The notes below the pieces were generated by a model that ran no database searches, was not told the origin of the DNA, and was given only the letters and a program-made list of their open reading frames with translations. The translations under genes and the position numbers were made by a program. DNA of 64,000 nucleotides from a virus (lineage: Duplodnaviria; Caudoviricetes): the IMG/VR virus record IMGVR_UViG_3300030376_003877, positions 19,486-83,485 of that record. The stretch is one strand, 5' to 3'. Below are positions 29,475-41,600 of the stretch, piece by piece (the first letter of the stretch is position 1; each line of letters opens with the position of its first letter).

Positions 29475-32400
29475 TCAAACTACCGCGACACATCTAAGAT
29501 TTCTAAACTGAGGAACAATTGCCTGATTAGTAGATGTTCCTACTACTTTAATCCTAAACATATTAAAAGGAGTTAAGTTATCAATGGTGAACCTATATTC
29601 TTTAAAGTAGTTCAATGATGGATACTGACTGTAAACGTCCGATGGTGGGACATATACATCTGGTCTACCATCAGCATTGAATGGTTGAATGACAGTTCCA
29701 AATTCACTCTGATTGCCGATACCGGGGAAAGGAGTAAATATACATTCTGTAGCAGGAAGATCTTGATCCAAAGCATAGAACATTCGGATATCGTTAAATG
29801 TTGAAACATATCCATCAATGAATATTCTCAAGGACGATGCTGGATTTTCCAAAATAATATTTCTAGTCACATACATCAAACTAGTTGGGTCGCCTAAGAT
29901 TCCCTTTGCTTTGCTATCTGTAGCATAGTTTGTGATAGGTTGATTTGCCCTATTAGAAACAAATACAACAGCAGCATGATCAAGATCAATAGCAGGAGAT
30001 AATCTATTATCAACAGTCAACATATTAGCATTCAAAGTCATTGACTTATTATATGGGAGACCGTTGAGATAACTTCTCTCATTGGTTGAAGAAACAACCA
30101 TTCTTTGATTATCGAAGTAGTTCTTTTCATTAAGAGAAACTTCCTGATATCCCTTATCCAAGAAGGAGATTTCAGTTCCACTAACAGATGTTTCACTAAC
30201 AGTTCTCATTTGAGAACTAATAGAAGTTCCATTAGGCGAAATCGTTCTTAGTTTGGGGATAACGATTGAATATGGAAGATTGTAAGTTCCTTTAACCTTA
30301 GTTCCACCGCCAGTTTTGCTGGTAACAAAATAACGAGAACCTAAAGTGGGAGAAGTAGAACTTCTATCAGTTCCATCAACGGCCATATTAATCTTGATAG
30401 TATAGTGATCAAGTCCAATAGCATCACTGGCAGTTGTATCTGCAAATTGATGCTCTTTATTGATTCTTCTCAAAGAAACTCCACCAAATTCATATCTATA
30501 AACTAGTTCATTTATATTATGAGTAGCAGCAATAGTATTATCAACTGATCTACTTGAGATTCCTACCAAAGAGTTGCCAGAAGTTCCAGTATACGAAATA
30601 ATCTCACTACCAATCTTTACATATCCAGGATTGTTAACACTAACAGGAAGACCTTCAAAAACGGCTAAGTTGACCGTAGATCCAACAGAAATGGCACCTG
30701 TATCTGCTTTAGTATATTGAGCAGAAAGTGCTGTTGGAGCAATATCAGAACCAACTTCCTTGAGAAGAACTCTATTTGTGTTTGAATACATTCCATGATT
30801 TCTTTGGAATACTTTCAAATGAAGTCCATCGTTTCTAACAGTAACTGGTGCGTCAGGAACCAAACTTCCACCTACACCTACATTCACATCTGAAGTGATT
30901 CCTGCAGATGTAGTGTATTGTAAGTAGTTATTTGCAGTAAACTTAACTTCTCCCTGTACTTTGCTCAGTTCAAATTCATTAAATCCAAGCAATTCAGTAA
31001 CAGACAACTTCATGTCTTTACCTGGTAAGAACGCATCACTACCGGTAGTTAATGGTGACAACACATCGCCAACATTGTATCCACTACCGCCTACATTGAT
31101 AGTTGCAGCAATAGCAACTCCATTATTGATAGTAATGTTAGCAGTTGCGTTTACACCTTGACCAGTAAATGCTGTTAAAGCAACTCCAGTGTGGGTAAAC
31201 TGTGATGCTGCAGGTGTATAACCTATTCCTGGATTGGAAAGTCCAAGATTTCCAGTTGATGAACCAGCAAGACCAACCAATACTCCCCTAAAGTTTGATG
31301 AAGTTTGAGTGATTATATCTCCAATAGATAGTTCTCTTCCGGCAACAACCCCTGTATTATTAACAGTTGTTCCGATTCCAACGCTAATTGTTCTAGGAGT
31401 AACCGAAATTCCATTCCTAGTGATTTTTTCAAGTTGCTGAGGAAGTTCTGGATTAAAGAACTGAACAACGCCTTGAGATACGAACTGGCAGCGATACATG
31501 ACAAACTTGAGGTCTTCGTATTGACTTGGTGTCCATACTGAAGCATTCTGAGATTTAAACAAAGAACCCAGAAGAGGTTGCTGAGTGACAAGAATCTGTC
31601 CTGCTTCTTGAGAAGCAGTTGTAATATCTGCTTCACCAAATCGTGAAATCCATACGTTGTAATCAGTAACATCTGCCTTAACAACAATCGCATACTCTGT
31701 GTTACTGTTCAAATATACTGGAGAGTTAAAAGTAAATGTAGTTGGTACAGAACCATCTTCAGATATCTCAACAAATTTTGGATCTAGAGTTACTTCAGAG
31801 AATGGGAGAACAATATTGGTTGGAGTACCAAGTCTAGTTTCACGAATCTGAATAGTTACAGGGAAATCTGTTGCCTTAGATTGGAAGAATAGATCAATCT
31901 TGGAAAGATATATGCCAGTAAGATCATCAACAAAGAATGTTTGAGCAAGAGGATCTCCACGACGTGGTGGATTGGGTGGACGTGGTGGTGCTGGTGGTGG
32001 AGGTGGAGGTGGTATTCTAACAACGTTAATATCTTGTATAATATTAACTTCTGTAGACTCACCAACTAGTTGTCTTGTTTCGGGTTGAATGTCATCATTA
32101 GTTGCAACTCTAGCATTTCTCAACGAAAGCGTTACTTCTTGAGTATTATCAATGTCTCCTTGAGAATAGAATATTTCTTGGGCACTAGTAGAAAGTGATC
32201 CTTTGACTCTACTGTTAATTGAACTACTTGTCAGTCTAAACTCTGTTCTTCCAGTATCAAAGGTTGGATTAGAGACGCTAGATGGGTCAGGAACACGGTA
32301 AGAACCAATCAAAGTTCCAACTCGGTCTGTGATAAGTCTAACAGAGGTTACAGTCGCTTCTGCACCACTTGTACGTCCTCTTAATACCATTCCTGATTGA

Positions 32401-35400
32401 ATGTATCCAAAGAACTGTGAGAACTCTTCCGACTGAAGAGTGTCAGTATCTACATTTATGATAGTAGATGCTCCAGTGTACGCAGTTGGCAAACTATTTG
32501 CTCTGGTATATGGATTACTATCATAAATGTCAGAAGGTTCAGTAATACTTCCATACTTATGATTTGCAGCTGCTGCTCTGAAGACAATTTCAGGCAAAGA
32601 AGAACTACTTATTTGTTGAGTAGTAACACTACCGGGCATTGCACCTTCAATAGTTTCTCCTACAGTAAAAGTACCAGAAGTCATTGTAACTTCTATGAGT
32701 TTAGGAACTGTAAACTTACTGATTGATACGCCATCAAAATAAGAATATACTTGCGTAAATGGTTTCATTGCCTTAGCAGTGAACTTAATATTACGAGACC
32801 TCATTGTGTGAGTGATCTCTCTGTTTACAACTCTATCACCAAGACTTTCAGTATTGATTACCTCTTGAATAGACTGTTGTGAACCAGTTCTTGTTTGTTC
32901 AAGTGTGACAGAACCATTAATAACTGTACTTTGAACTGTAGTTCTTCCAGTATCAATTCTTCCAGCACCAATTCCTTGTCCTGCAAGGATTGCACCAGCA
33001 CTAGTCCCATTTCTTTGAGCAGATTGGGCGAGTGACTCATTTCTATTTGTTGCGCTTAGATCAAGTTGAGCACCAACAGTTTCCCAAGAGTCCCAAACGA
33101 TAGGAGCAACACCAATTCTTGAACCATCTTCAGCAGTTTCAACTTCTGCACCAATCACATCAGCAAGTCCTTGGAAAGATCCTTCCATAAGAACATCACG
33201 TATCTGCATTGTGTTGGTGTCAATCCAAACATCAACAGATGGTTCTAAATCAATACTACCTTGATAGAAGTTAATCAAGAATGGAGTAACATTTTCAAGT
33301 CTTGTAGCAAATGGTTGTTCTAACCAGATATTATTAGCATAATCAAGAGTAACAATATTTCCTGTTCTTCGTACTCCAGCACCTAATAAAGTATTACCAA
33401 TTCCAACTTGAAGATTTACAGCATTAGAATAATGAGGAGGTCTGAGAATCTTTCTCTTTGTATCAATAGAGTTTTTGATTCCAATACTAAGATCTTGTGG
33501 AAGTGTAGAACTGAAGTTATCTACAAAAATACCGGACTTAAATCTATTAAGTCCATTAATATCTGGGACAAATGTATTCAGAGTTGATTGCTCAAGCAAA
33601 TTCAATGAACTATAATATTCAAGATTTTTAACTCTTTGTTCAATTTTTGAAATATCAACCATTTGATATCTCTTATGGTCAATAAATGTTACTTTTGCGT
33701 CATCTGTATTATAAAGATATGGAGGAAGGAATACATTACCAATATTCATTCCATCTGTTACAGACAAAGGAAGTTGAGGAATATCATCTGGAGCACCATT
33801 CTTGACTGAGAATGAACCATTCTTATCAACATAAATTCTATCTGCTCTAGCAAGATAATAGTTATAACCTAAAGTAATAGACTCATCCGATGCAATAACA
33901 TTTTTTGAACTATGCTGACCACCATTAAAGTTTCTACCAAAGAATTCAAGTGGTGATCTTGATCCAGGTGTTACATTGTAGTCGGAAACTCTAGGTCTTC
34001 CATCAATAATATCTGTAACTCTGCTGTTTCCAACGGATGAAATTTCAGTAGAGTAATCAAAAGACCCATAAGAATCAACAGTGGTAATGTCTCCAACATC
34101 AGAACTAGCATAATAGGCATTTGAGAAATAAACTCTCAACTTAGAAGCAGCTTCAGGAACATTTTCTTTTCTTATGATTCTTGAGAAGTCATAAAATGAT
34201 GATCTTTGACCCCTAGCAAGATAATAATCTCTAGTTACATTTTGAGATCCAAGTTCAATATTTGAAGAATTGCCCGAAACAGTTGACTGTGAAAATAAAA
34301 GTGGTTCTCCAACTTCAAATACTATATCATTTAAGTAAACAAAACTAATATCAGTATCGTTTTTTCTTTTAATGTACCTTGCTTTAGCGCCTGAAGTTCC
34401 TCCAGAGAATGTTTCACCAAGAATCAAGTCATTTGTGGTCGCTGAAGGACCATTCATATTAGCAACAGCAAGACTAGGTGCTTCTGGATCTTCTGTTGTT
34501 CCTGATTGGAATATACCGTATACATCAATTACATCAGGTACATTTAACGAAATAATATTATCTTGAACTCGTGTTCCAAAAGGATAATTGCCATAAGTCA
34601 ATCCATCTTGTAAAGTAGCAGTTCCAACTCCAGAAGCACTATTTTTTGATTTATCGATAATAATATTATTAGTTGTATTCTTTAACTTTTTCTTAGATGT
34701 AATATTAGATTTACGAGTGGATGTAATAAGAGTCGCATCAGGATCGGCACTACTTAGACCTTGTAACTGAAGTTGAGTGTTCCCCTGAGAGAATACAAAT
34801 TTATCAGCAGTGAGGACTTCAGTTCCGCCATCTGACCTCAAAAGTGAATATCTTTCTTCATCAAATGCTAAAAATACCTCTTTAGAAGGATCATTTACAG
34901 AAAATACTTGAGAAAGTCCATTAGCATCAATATTGATTGATGTATTGTTTCTAATTACAATACTACTTCCACTCAAGTCTACTGATTCAATATTTTCTTT
35001 AGGTAACACACTATAGATTGAATCATTGCTTGAGAGATTTCCAGTTCCTTGAGAACTTTGCAATCTAGAAGCAATTACCGAAACATTAGTGAGATTTGTA
35101 GAAGATTCTGGGGGAGATCCTTCACAAATGCCAGTTACAGTGGTTACACCAGTAACAGTAACAGTTTTTCCATTAACGCCAGTTACTCTTACAATAGTTG
35201 GATCAACATTATCTGCAATAGTATATTTGATCAAATTGCCTGAGGTAACAACCCCAATAAAACCACCAGAAGCAAGTTCAGGAGCAGATAATGTAGAAAT
35301 ACCGGTATTATCTCTTGCAGAAATAGATGCAATACCTATTGAAATTGTATCTTTTTGAACTGTATCTGCATTAAATGTATTTGCTGTCCCAACAATACTA

Positions 35401-37049
35401 TAAACTGACTTTACATCAGCAACTGAGTGAGATTTAACTCTAGTAATAAATCTAGAAGTATCTAAAACTCCATTAAAACTTAGTCTTTCTCCAAAAATAA
35501 AACTTCCTTGTTGACTATATGCAGTCAACGCTGTTCCTGCATTTACATCATATCTTAAGAATGCAGAAGCACCACTTTGCTCTCCTTGAAGATGGACAGG
35601 AGATGATAAATTAGCACTTACATTAAGGTCTAATGTAGTATATGTTTGTACATCAAATAAGGATAAATCCCAAACATTTAGTTGAGGTGTGGCAGTATTG
35701 TAACTTCCAGACTCTAAAGCAAAATCATATATTCTAGCGAGTCCTATTTCTATTCCAGCAGCTGCGGTAGAAGATGATCCTACTCTTTGATCTCTAAGAC
35801 TTATCGTGGTTGAGGTGTTAAATCCAATAATTGGTGATCCAGAAACATTATTAACCTCAATAGTTGGACCAAAAGCAAAATTAACTGCCTGATTTTCTAA
35901 AAGTCTTGTGTCTCTGGGTTTTCTAACATCAATAAGTGATGGAGACGTTATATCAACTTCATAACCCTTAACATATGCTTTTCCTGGAGATACCTTATAT
36001 ACCAACAAATCATCAGACGGTACATTACCGCCAACAGTAATTTGTCCTGGTTCGTAAACTCCCCTATTTCCTTCTTGATTATTTAAACTTTCTTTTACAG
36101 AAGTTACAAATTCATTAATGTAATAATTTCCAGATTCTTCAAAAGTTCTTTTTGCTAATTCATCACCTAAAAGATTATATTTGGTATCATCAATTTTTGT
36201 TCTTAATAATCCTCTCTGAACTTCTGCAAGTTGAACAAAATTTTCATCATTAAAGTCATCTGAGTCCTTTTTGACCAGAGTGCAAGAAATCTTTAATCTA
36301 TCTGCACCTGGTGCAGTGTAATTATTGAATCCTTGAGCATTATCTGTAAGTTGAGGATCAATATCTGATGAAATAAGTTCTTCATTGATCAAAAGACCAA
36401 TTCTATAACTAGGTTGAGTTCCATACTGGTCAAGAATCAATAGTTGACTTTGAACAGTTACAAAATTGCCTCTAATAAAAAATACACCTTCACTAACAAC
36501 AAATGCCGATCCTGTTTGTGAAGCATCTCCGACAATAGTATTAGCAAATCCTTCCCCAGCACTTATAAAAGTAGTTGAATATGAAATACCTTCATCTATT
36601 GTAAGGACTTCATTATCAAAAAATGTTTCAGTGCTATTATCTACACTTGACTCTAAGTAGTTAACATAAAGAGTAGTGTTTCCGTTTTGAGATTCGGAAT
36701 CAGTAATATAAGTTACAACTTGAGCACTAATACCTGAAGATTGTCCAGTAATCTTCTTTCCCAATAGTTGGTCAAGATAGATCTGAACAGGAACACCAAG
36801 AAACTCTTGTTGGATTTGTATTCCATGAAACAAATCGTTATAACTCAAATTGCCAGGAATTACAACACTTCCTTCTTTGTATAAGTTATTGCCGACACTT
36901 TCAATCTGATTCTGAAGAATAGATTGAAGATTATTTAACTCTCTAGCCTGAACTGGATAGGCAGGTTTGAATAATACTCTATAATAGTTGCTACGAGGGT
37001 CAAAGTCGTCAAAGTAGGGAGCAACGTTGAGGTTAGTTTCCTGGGGCAT
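29475..37049 (-). CDS. large virion structural protein (VrlC-like / DUF4815)
   Basis: MPQETNLNVAPYFDDF, YYRVLFKP, RFKSGIFVDNF, DPLAQTF motifs; 2524 aa. Confidence 0.88.
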   Translation of the reverse strand: MPQETNLNVAPYFDDFDPRSNYYRVLFKPAYPVQARELNNLQSILQNQIESVGNNLYKEGSVVIPGNLSYNDLFHGIQIQQEFLGVPVQIYLDQLLGKKITGQSSGISAQVVTYITDSESQNGNTTLYVNYLESSVDNSTETFFDNEVLTIDEGISYSTTFISAGEGFANTIVGDASQTGSAFVVSEGVFFIRGNFVTVQSQLLILDQYGTQPSYRIGLLINEELISSDIDPQLTDNAQGFNNYTAPGADRLKISCTLVKKDSDDFNDENFVQLAEVQRGLLRTKIDDTKYNLLGDELAKRTFEESGNYYINEFVTSVKESLNNQEGNRGVYEPGQITVGGNVPSDDLLVYKVSPGKAYVKGYEVDITSPSLIDVRKPRDTRLLENQAVNFAFGPTIEVNNVSGSPIIGFNTSTTISLRDQRVGSSSTAAAGIEIGLARIYDFALESGSYNTATPQLNVWDLSLFDVQTYTTLDLNVSANLSSPVHLQGEQSGASAFLRYDVNAGTALTAYSQQGSFIFGERLSFNGVLDTSRFITRVKSHSVADVKSVYSIVGTANTFNADTVQKDTISIGIASISARDNTGISTLSAPELASGGFIGVVTSGNLIKYTIADNVDPTIVRVTGVNGKTVTVTGVTTVTGICEGSPPESSTNLTNVSVIASRLQSSQGTGNLSSNDSIYSVLPKENIESVDLSGSSIVIRNNTSINIDANGLSQVFSVNDPSKEVFLAFDEERYSLLRSDGGTEVLTADKFVFSQGNTQLQLQGLSSADPDATLITSTRKSNITSKKKLKNTTNNIIIDKSKNSASGVGTATLQDGLTYGNYPFGTRVQDNIISLNVPDVIDVYGIFQSGTTEDPEAPSLAVANMNGPSATTNDLILGETFSGGTSGAKARYIKRKNDTDISFVYLNDIVFEVGEPLLFSQSTVSGNSSNIELGSQNVTRDYYLARGQRSSFYDFSRIIRKENVPEAASKLRVYFSNAYYASSDVGDITTVDSYGSFDYSTEISSVGNSRVTDIIDGRPRVSDYNVTPGSRSPLEFFGRNFNGGQHSSKNVIASDESITLGYNYYLARADRIYVDKNGSFSVKNGAPDDIPQLPLSVTDGMNIGNVFLPPYLYNTDDAKVTFIDHKRYQMVDISKIEQRVKNLEYYSSLNLLEQSTLNTFVPDINGLNRFKSGIFVDNFSSTLPQDLSIGIKNSIDTKRKILRPPHYSNAVNLQVGIGNTLLGAGVRRTGNIVTLDYANNIWLEQPFATRLENVTPFLINFYQGSIDLEPSVDVWIDTNTMQIRDVLMEGSFQGLADVIGAEVETAEDGSRIGVAPIVWDSWETVGAQLDLSATNRNESLAQSAQRNGTSAGAILAGQGIGAGRIDTGRTTVQSTVINGSVTLEQTRTGSQQSIQEVINTESLGDRVVNREITHTMRSRNIKFTAKAMKPFTQVYSYFDGVSISKFTVPKLIEVTMTSGTFTVGETIEGAMPGSVTTQQISSSSLPEIVFRAAAANHKYGSITEPSDIYDSNPYTRANSLPTAYTGASTIINVDTDTLQSEEFSQFFGYIQSGMVLRGRTSGAEATVTSVRLITDRVGTLIGSYRVPDPSSVSNPTFDTGRTEFRLTSSSINSRVKGSLSTSAQEIFYSQGDIDNTQEVTLSLRNARVATNDDIQPETRQLVGESTEVNIIQDINVVRIPPPPPPPAPPRPPNPPRRGDPLAQTFFVDDLTGIYLSKIDLFFQSKATDFPVTIQIRETRLGTPTNIVLPFSEVTLDPKFVEISEDGSVPTTFTFNSPVYLNSNTEYAIVVKADVTDYNVWISRFGEADITTASQEAGQILVTQQPLLGSLFKSQNASVWTPSQYEDLKFVMYRCQFVSQGVVQFFNPELPQQLEKITRNGISVTPRTISVGIGTTVNNTGVVAGRELSIGDIITQTSSNFRGVLVGLAGSSTGNLGLSNPGIGYTPAASQFTHTGVALTAFTGQGVNATANITINNGVAIAATINVGGSGYNVGDVLSPLTTGSDAFLPGKDMKLSVTELLGFNEFELSKVQGEVKFTANNYLQYTTSAGITSDVNVGVGGSLVPDAPVTVRNDGLHLKVFQRNHGMYSNTNRVLLKEVGSDIAPTALSAQYTKADTGAISVGSTVNLAVFEGLPVSVNNPGYVKIGSEIISYTGTSGNSLVGISSRSVDNTIAATHNINELVYRYEFGGVSLRRINKEHQFADTTASDAIGLDHYTIKINMAVDGTDRSSTSPTLGSRYFVTSKTGGGTKVKGTYNLPYSIVIPKLRTISPNGTSISSQMRTVSETSVSGTEISFLDKGYQEVSLNEKNYFDNQRMVVSSTNERSYLNGLPYNKSMTLNANMLTVDNRLSPAIDLDHAAVVFVSNRANQPITNYATDSKAKGILGDPTSLMYVTRNIILENPASSLRIFIDGYVSTFNDIRMFYALDQDLPATECIFTPFPGIGNQSEFGTVIQPFNADGRPDVYVPPSDVYSQYPSLNYFKEYRFTIDNLTPFNMFRIKVVGTSTNQAIVPQFRNLRCVAVV

Positions 37050-37055
37050 AATTCT

Positions 37056-38630
37056 TTAGAACTGCAAGATAATCTTTACGTCTTCTTTCTGTGAGGATGA
37101 CCTGGTTACAGAGGGTCTATTATCAACGTGAATAATATTTCCTGAGTATTTTTTAGACTCTGGTTGAGCAACGCCCTTCACAAAACTTTGACCTAGAAAG
37201 TAGGTACGACTATTTATTATAGTACTTATACCGGGACTTCCAATAGAACCAAAAGATGTATCAATCCCTAAAGAAACAGATCCTCCAATAATATTAATAT
37301 TTCCTCCCGTTGCAGGATCATCCGTAAACATCAAAGACTCAAATCCATAGATAGGATCTGAATTTTGAGTTCCATCGGAGTTAAATCCAGAGTTTGTTCT
37401 ATCCTGCCAATACTTGAGAACACCTGTAGATTGGTCATAAGATATGACTCTACCGACCGCAGTTGAACCAACTCCTACTTTCTGAGTGATAGTATCATCG
37501 GGAGTGAAAATAGCACTTTGATAAGCATCACCCTCACTAGTAAGTTTGAGAGCATATACTGCACTTGCTTTATCTGTGGTTAAGAGAGTGCTTGAGTCAT
37601 TATTGAGAGGATTAGCGATTAATCCAACTCTTGCAAACTCATTACCAGTAATAAAGTCAGGATTTTCGGTATCATTTTCAAATCTAGCATAAGTTAGAAC
37701 ATTGAATGCTCCTAACTCTCTGTAAATATCAAAACCATGTCCTCCATTTGGCGGAATAATAATATTAAAAACTGGTGATGTCGATCCTGTAGGAACGCCA
37801 CCAGTCTTAAGATCTAAAGTTCCATAAGTGTAGTTTGAACCGCCATTTGAGACATTAACAGATTCAATCTTTGAATCATTATTAATAATAACAGTTGCTT
37901 CAGCACCTCTTCCATCGCCATTAATAGGAACTCTAGTGTATGTTCTAGCACTACCAAGACCAACACCACGATTTTTGATTGTAATAACTTTTAGTTGCCC
38001 ACTTGTAGAAGCATTTTGCCTTATAGGTGCAATATCAGTATCAGTATCCCAATCATTTGGAACAGGAATGTAATTTGTTGATTCAAACTTGATTGCTTGA
38101 CTTGGTTTTATGGTGTAAAGATACTTCCAAATATATCCATCACCACTACTACCAGCAGATCTTGGTTCCAAATCCGTAAATGTAGGTTCGTCTAGTGACG
38201 GACCTCCTTGGAAAGCATTTTCTGGAGTTGCATTATTATAAAGGCAGATATAAACTCTAAAATCAGAGTTCATTACATAATAATTAGAGTCATAAACATC
38301 AAAAGAACCAGATGGTTGCGATGGATTACTTCTGGTTATATCATTTCTCCACATATCATATGTGGTTCCTGTTGACCAAGTTGTTTTCCTAACGACTTGG
38401 CTAACATCACTTGATGTGATTTTTTTCATAGCGATCATTGTATCCCAATAATCGTTAGAATCATTTAAACTATCTTTGGGTGACGGGGGATTTGTATTCC
38501 ACGTAGATTGATAGTCACCAGCATTAGGTAATCCAATAAAAGTATAATAAGAATTTGAAGTGGATTGTATACCAGCAACAAAGTTCTTAGCGTTCAAAAT
38601 ACGAAGTTGGTCAGTAATTATAGCTGCCAT
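37056..38630 (-). CDS. g8: baseplate wedge subunit gp8
   Basis: FYVMNSDFRVYICL-like block, DGYIWKYLYTI, GNIIHVDNRP..R...QKEDVKIILQF. Confidence 0.93.
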   Translation of the reverse strand: MAAIITDQLRILNAKNFVAGIQSTSNSYYTFIGLPNAGDYQSTWNTNPPSPKDSLNDSNDYWDTMIAMKKITSSDVSQVVRKTTWSTGTTYDMWRNDITRSNPSQPSGSFDVYDSNYYVMNSDFRVYICLYNNATPENAFQGGPSLDEPTFTDLEPRSAGSSGDGYIWKYLYTIKPSQAIKFESTNYIPVPNDWDTDTDIAPIRQNASTSGQLKVITIKNRGVGLGSARTYTRVPINGDGRGAEATVIINNDSKIESVNVSNGGSNYTYGTLDLKTGGVPTGSTSPVFNIIIPPNGGHGFDIYRELGAFNVLTYARFENDTENPDFITGNEFARVGLIANPLNNDSSTLLTTDKASAVYALKLTSEGDAYQSAIFTPDDTITQKVGVGSTAVGRVISYDQSTGVLKYWQDRTNSGFNSDGTQNSDPIYGFESLMFTDDPATGGNINIIGGSVSLGIDTSFGSIGSPGISTIINSRTYFLGQSFVKGVAQPESKKYSGNIIHVDNRPSVTRSSSQKEDVKIILQF

Positions 38631-38674
38631 TTTTATAGAACTTTTTGTTATTTATCTTAAATTTCAAGTATTTA

Positions 38675-41600
38675 TTAAATGTAATTAATGAACCTGAGAG
38701 AATCTCTTCTAGTGACTAATGCAGAAGTAGAAATTCCACTGTAACCATTTTCATTATATGAACTAAATGTAGTAGAAATACTACTTCTACTTACACCAAT
38801 TTTACCCCAACTGAATGATCCAAAACTAGTTGTTCCATATGAAACAGTGCTTATAGAACCCACATTTGTAAATAATCTTCTAACAGCAGTTGTTCCAACT
38901 CCAAGCACATCTACTTGAACAGTTGAGGACGAATAAACTTGGAATACGCCGTCCATAAATGATGTGGTGATTCCTAAAGTAGTTCCGTCATTATAAAGAC
39001 TTGTAAGAGCAGATCCTACTGCAGGAGAAATATTAGAGTTGAATACTGTGAAGTAGTCGCCAGTAGAAATACCACTCACAGTTACTGCAGTTCCTACAAT
39101 ATCTGATTTTCTCATATCAGAGTCAGATGGAATATATAAATCAAATCTAAGTTGATTAAATGAACCACTAGTTGTTGTGCCAAATCCTACTATGTTGCCA
39201 TAATCTCCATTGTAACTAGTAACTGGCATAATTTCTTCTACCAAAATAGGTTCTTCAATAATTACAGCAGGTGGATTAGTATATGTGTACCCAGAACCAA
39301 TGGTATTTACAGATGCTGTTACTAGTTTGCCTGATGACATAGAACCAACTCCAGATGCTCTATGAGTATTGCCAAGACCAATCGGAGGGGCAACACTAAT
39401 AGCAATCGTAGACAATCCAACATAACCTTGTCCAGAGTTACTAATAACGAAAGATGATATCGTTCCAGCAATGCTTACCACTGCAGTTACAGATGCTCCA
39501 ACCAAAACATCTTGAGTATTAACCACAATTGAGTTTTGGAAACTTCTTAGATTAGACTCATTTCTAGAATCAAATATTGGTCTAACAGTATCTACATATA
39601 CAATAGTGGTGCTAATACTCAATGGTTGCGTCAAATATGCTGCTGGAAAAATAGATGGTTCATACGCTAACCTATCTTTACCAATTTCATCACCATCAAC
39701 AACTTTATCAATTTTTTGCTTATACCAATTGACTGGTCTGTATAATGTTTGATCAGTTGTAACACCTGGCCCAATGTATGAGTTAGTTGATACACTATCA
39801 AGAGTATTGATACCTATAACAGTTCTAGGTTTTTGATCTAAAGTAATACTTTGGTTTAAATCAGGATTGTTGGATAGTTTTAACAAATCACCAACTTTGA
39901 CTGTTTCCTCAATATTGGTAAAAATAACATCAGTATCGCCAGAACCCCTATAAAACAAAATCTTAGAGGTGTCGCCAGTATTCCCATAACCTACTAGAGG
40001 TCCTTTAGGTGCCTCACTGAAAGTGATTACACTGCCACCATCAAACACATATGCTTCACCGGGTTTTTGAAGAATATCATTAATGAATACCAGCAATGTT
40101 TGATCAAGTTCAATATTTGAACCTTTCTTTGATTGAATTGCTACAGTTTCTTCGTTTACTTTCAATTTAAATGCTTTTGTAGATCCATCAAACTGATCAT
40201 CTAATACATCAAATACTTGGAATTGTCCAATAGACCATCCAGCAAATGCATCCGTGTGGACACGATCAACATTAATCTGAAACTCATCAAATGTTTTAGT
40301 AGTATCAGTTGGGATTCCAGTCGATCCTCCGAGAGCAACAGTTAGAATTTCTCCTTCCCTGTAACCATAACCAGAATCTCTAATCTCAAAATCAATAACA
40401 CTAGAACCTTGACCTACAATAATGTTTGCTGTGGCGCTTCTGCCTATACCAGAAGGACTTGAAGAACTGAATATGAGAGGAATATCAACATAACTAAGGG
40501 GTTCATCAAATACTACTACCGGAGCATTTGTGAATGTGTATCCAGCTCCAGGATTTGTAATCGCAACGCTTACAATATTGCCACCAGATATATTAGCAGT
40601 TCCAACAAACTCTACATTTGCTATAACACCACTATAGGTTTGAACTCCAACATTTACAACAGTTTGAATTCCAGACCTATACCCAGAACCACTATTTCCA
40701 ATACTAATAGAAGCAATAGTGCCTGCTGCAGATACTAAAGCAGTTCCTGCTGCAGATACTAATGGTTGATACCCAAATCCTCCTGTAGAACCTAATGAAA
40801 TAAACTGTCCACCAGCAGGTAAAGTTGATTTATTGTAATCATATCCCAAAGAATTAGCATTACCTGTAAAACTAATGGAACTTATACCTGTTGGAAGATC
40901 CTCAATAATATTGTAATCACCTTTGTGTGCTTGAACACCTTGCGGTGTCTGGTGTATTCCATTTACAATAACAACTGAGCTTGATGATATTCCAGTTATA
41001 TTTGAGTTATTAGAAGTTATCCTATATGTTTGACCAATACCTGTAAACCTATCAGAAATAGAATCAAAAACATAGTTTTGATAATATGTCTCATTTGTAG
41101 TTCCTGTCCCAGCATTTTTCATAAACGTTCTACCATGGAAGTTAGAACTTGTAGTAATTCCGGTCCAATCTCTACTATTAGGATCACCAGTTGTGGTGCT
41201 TAGTGGACTATGCCCAGTAGGTGCAACACCAAAGAAGAGTTGATTGTTAATAATGTTGTAGTTGCCGTCATATTTTGTAATTGTTGACCCAGTTGTGTGT
41301 ATGGCAACTGTTGATCCAAAATCACCTCTAGATACGGAAACTTTTATTGTATTACCAACTCCAATAGTTTTAAGAATCATGTATTCGTCATCAATTTTGA
41401 TCACATCTCCTGATATAAATGAGGTTACTCCAGTGGTGTTGAATACAAGATCAAAGGTAATATTTTGATCCAATGTTGTAGTGATATCTGTAACAGCAAG
41501 TGGAGATTGAATCATATTGTCAATTGCAATCACTCCTTTAGCATTCTGATTTGTAGAGTTAAAGGCATGAGACGCACCAGCTCCTACAGCACTTATTCCA

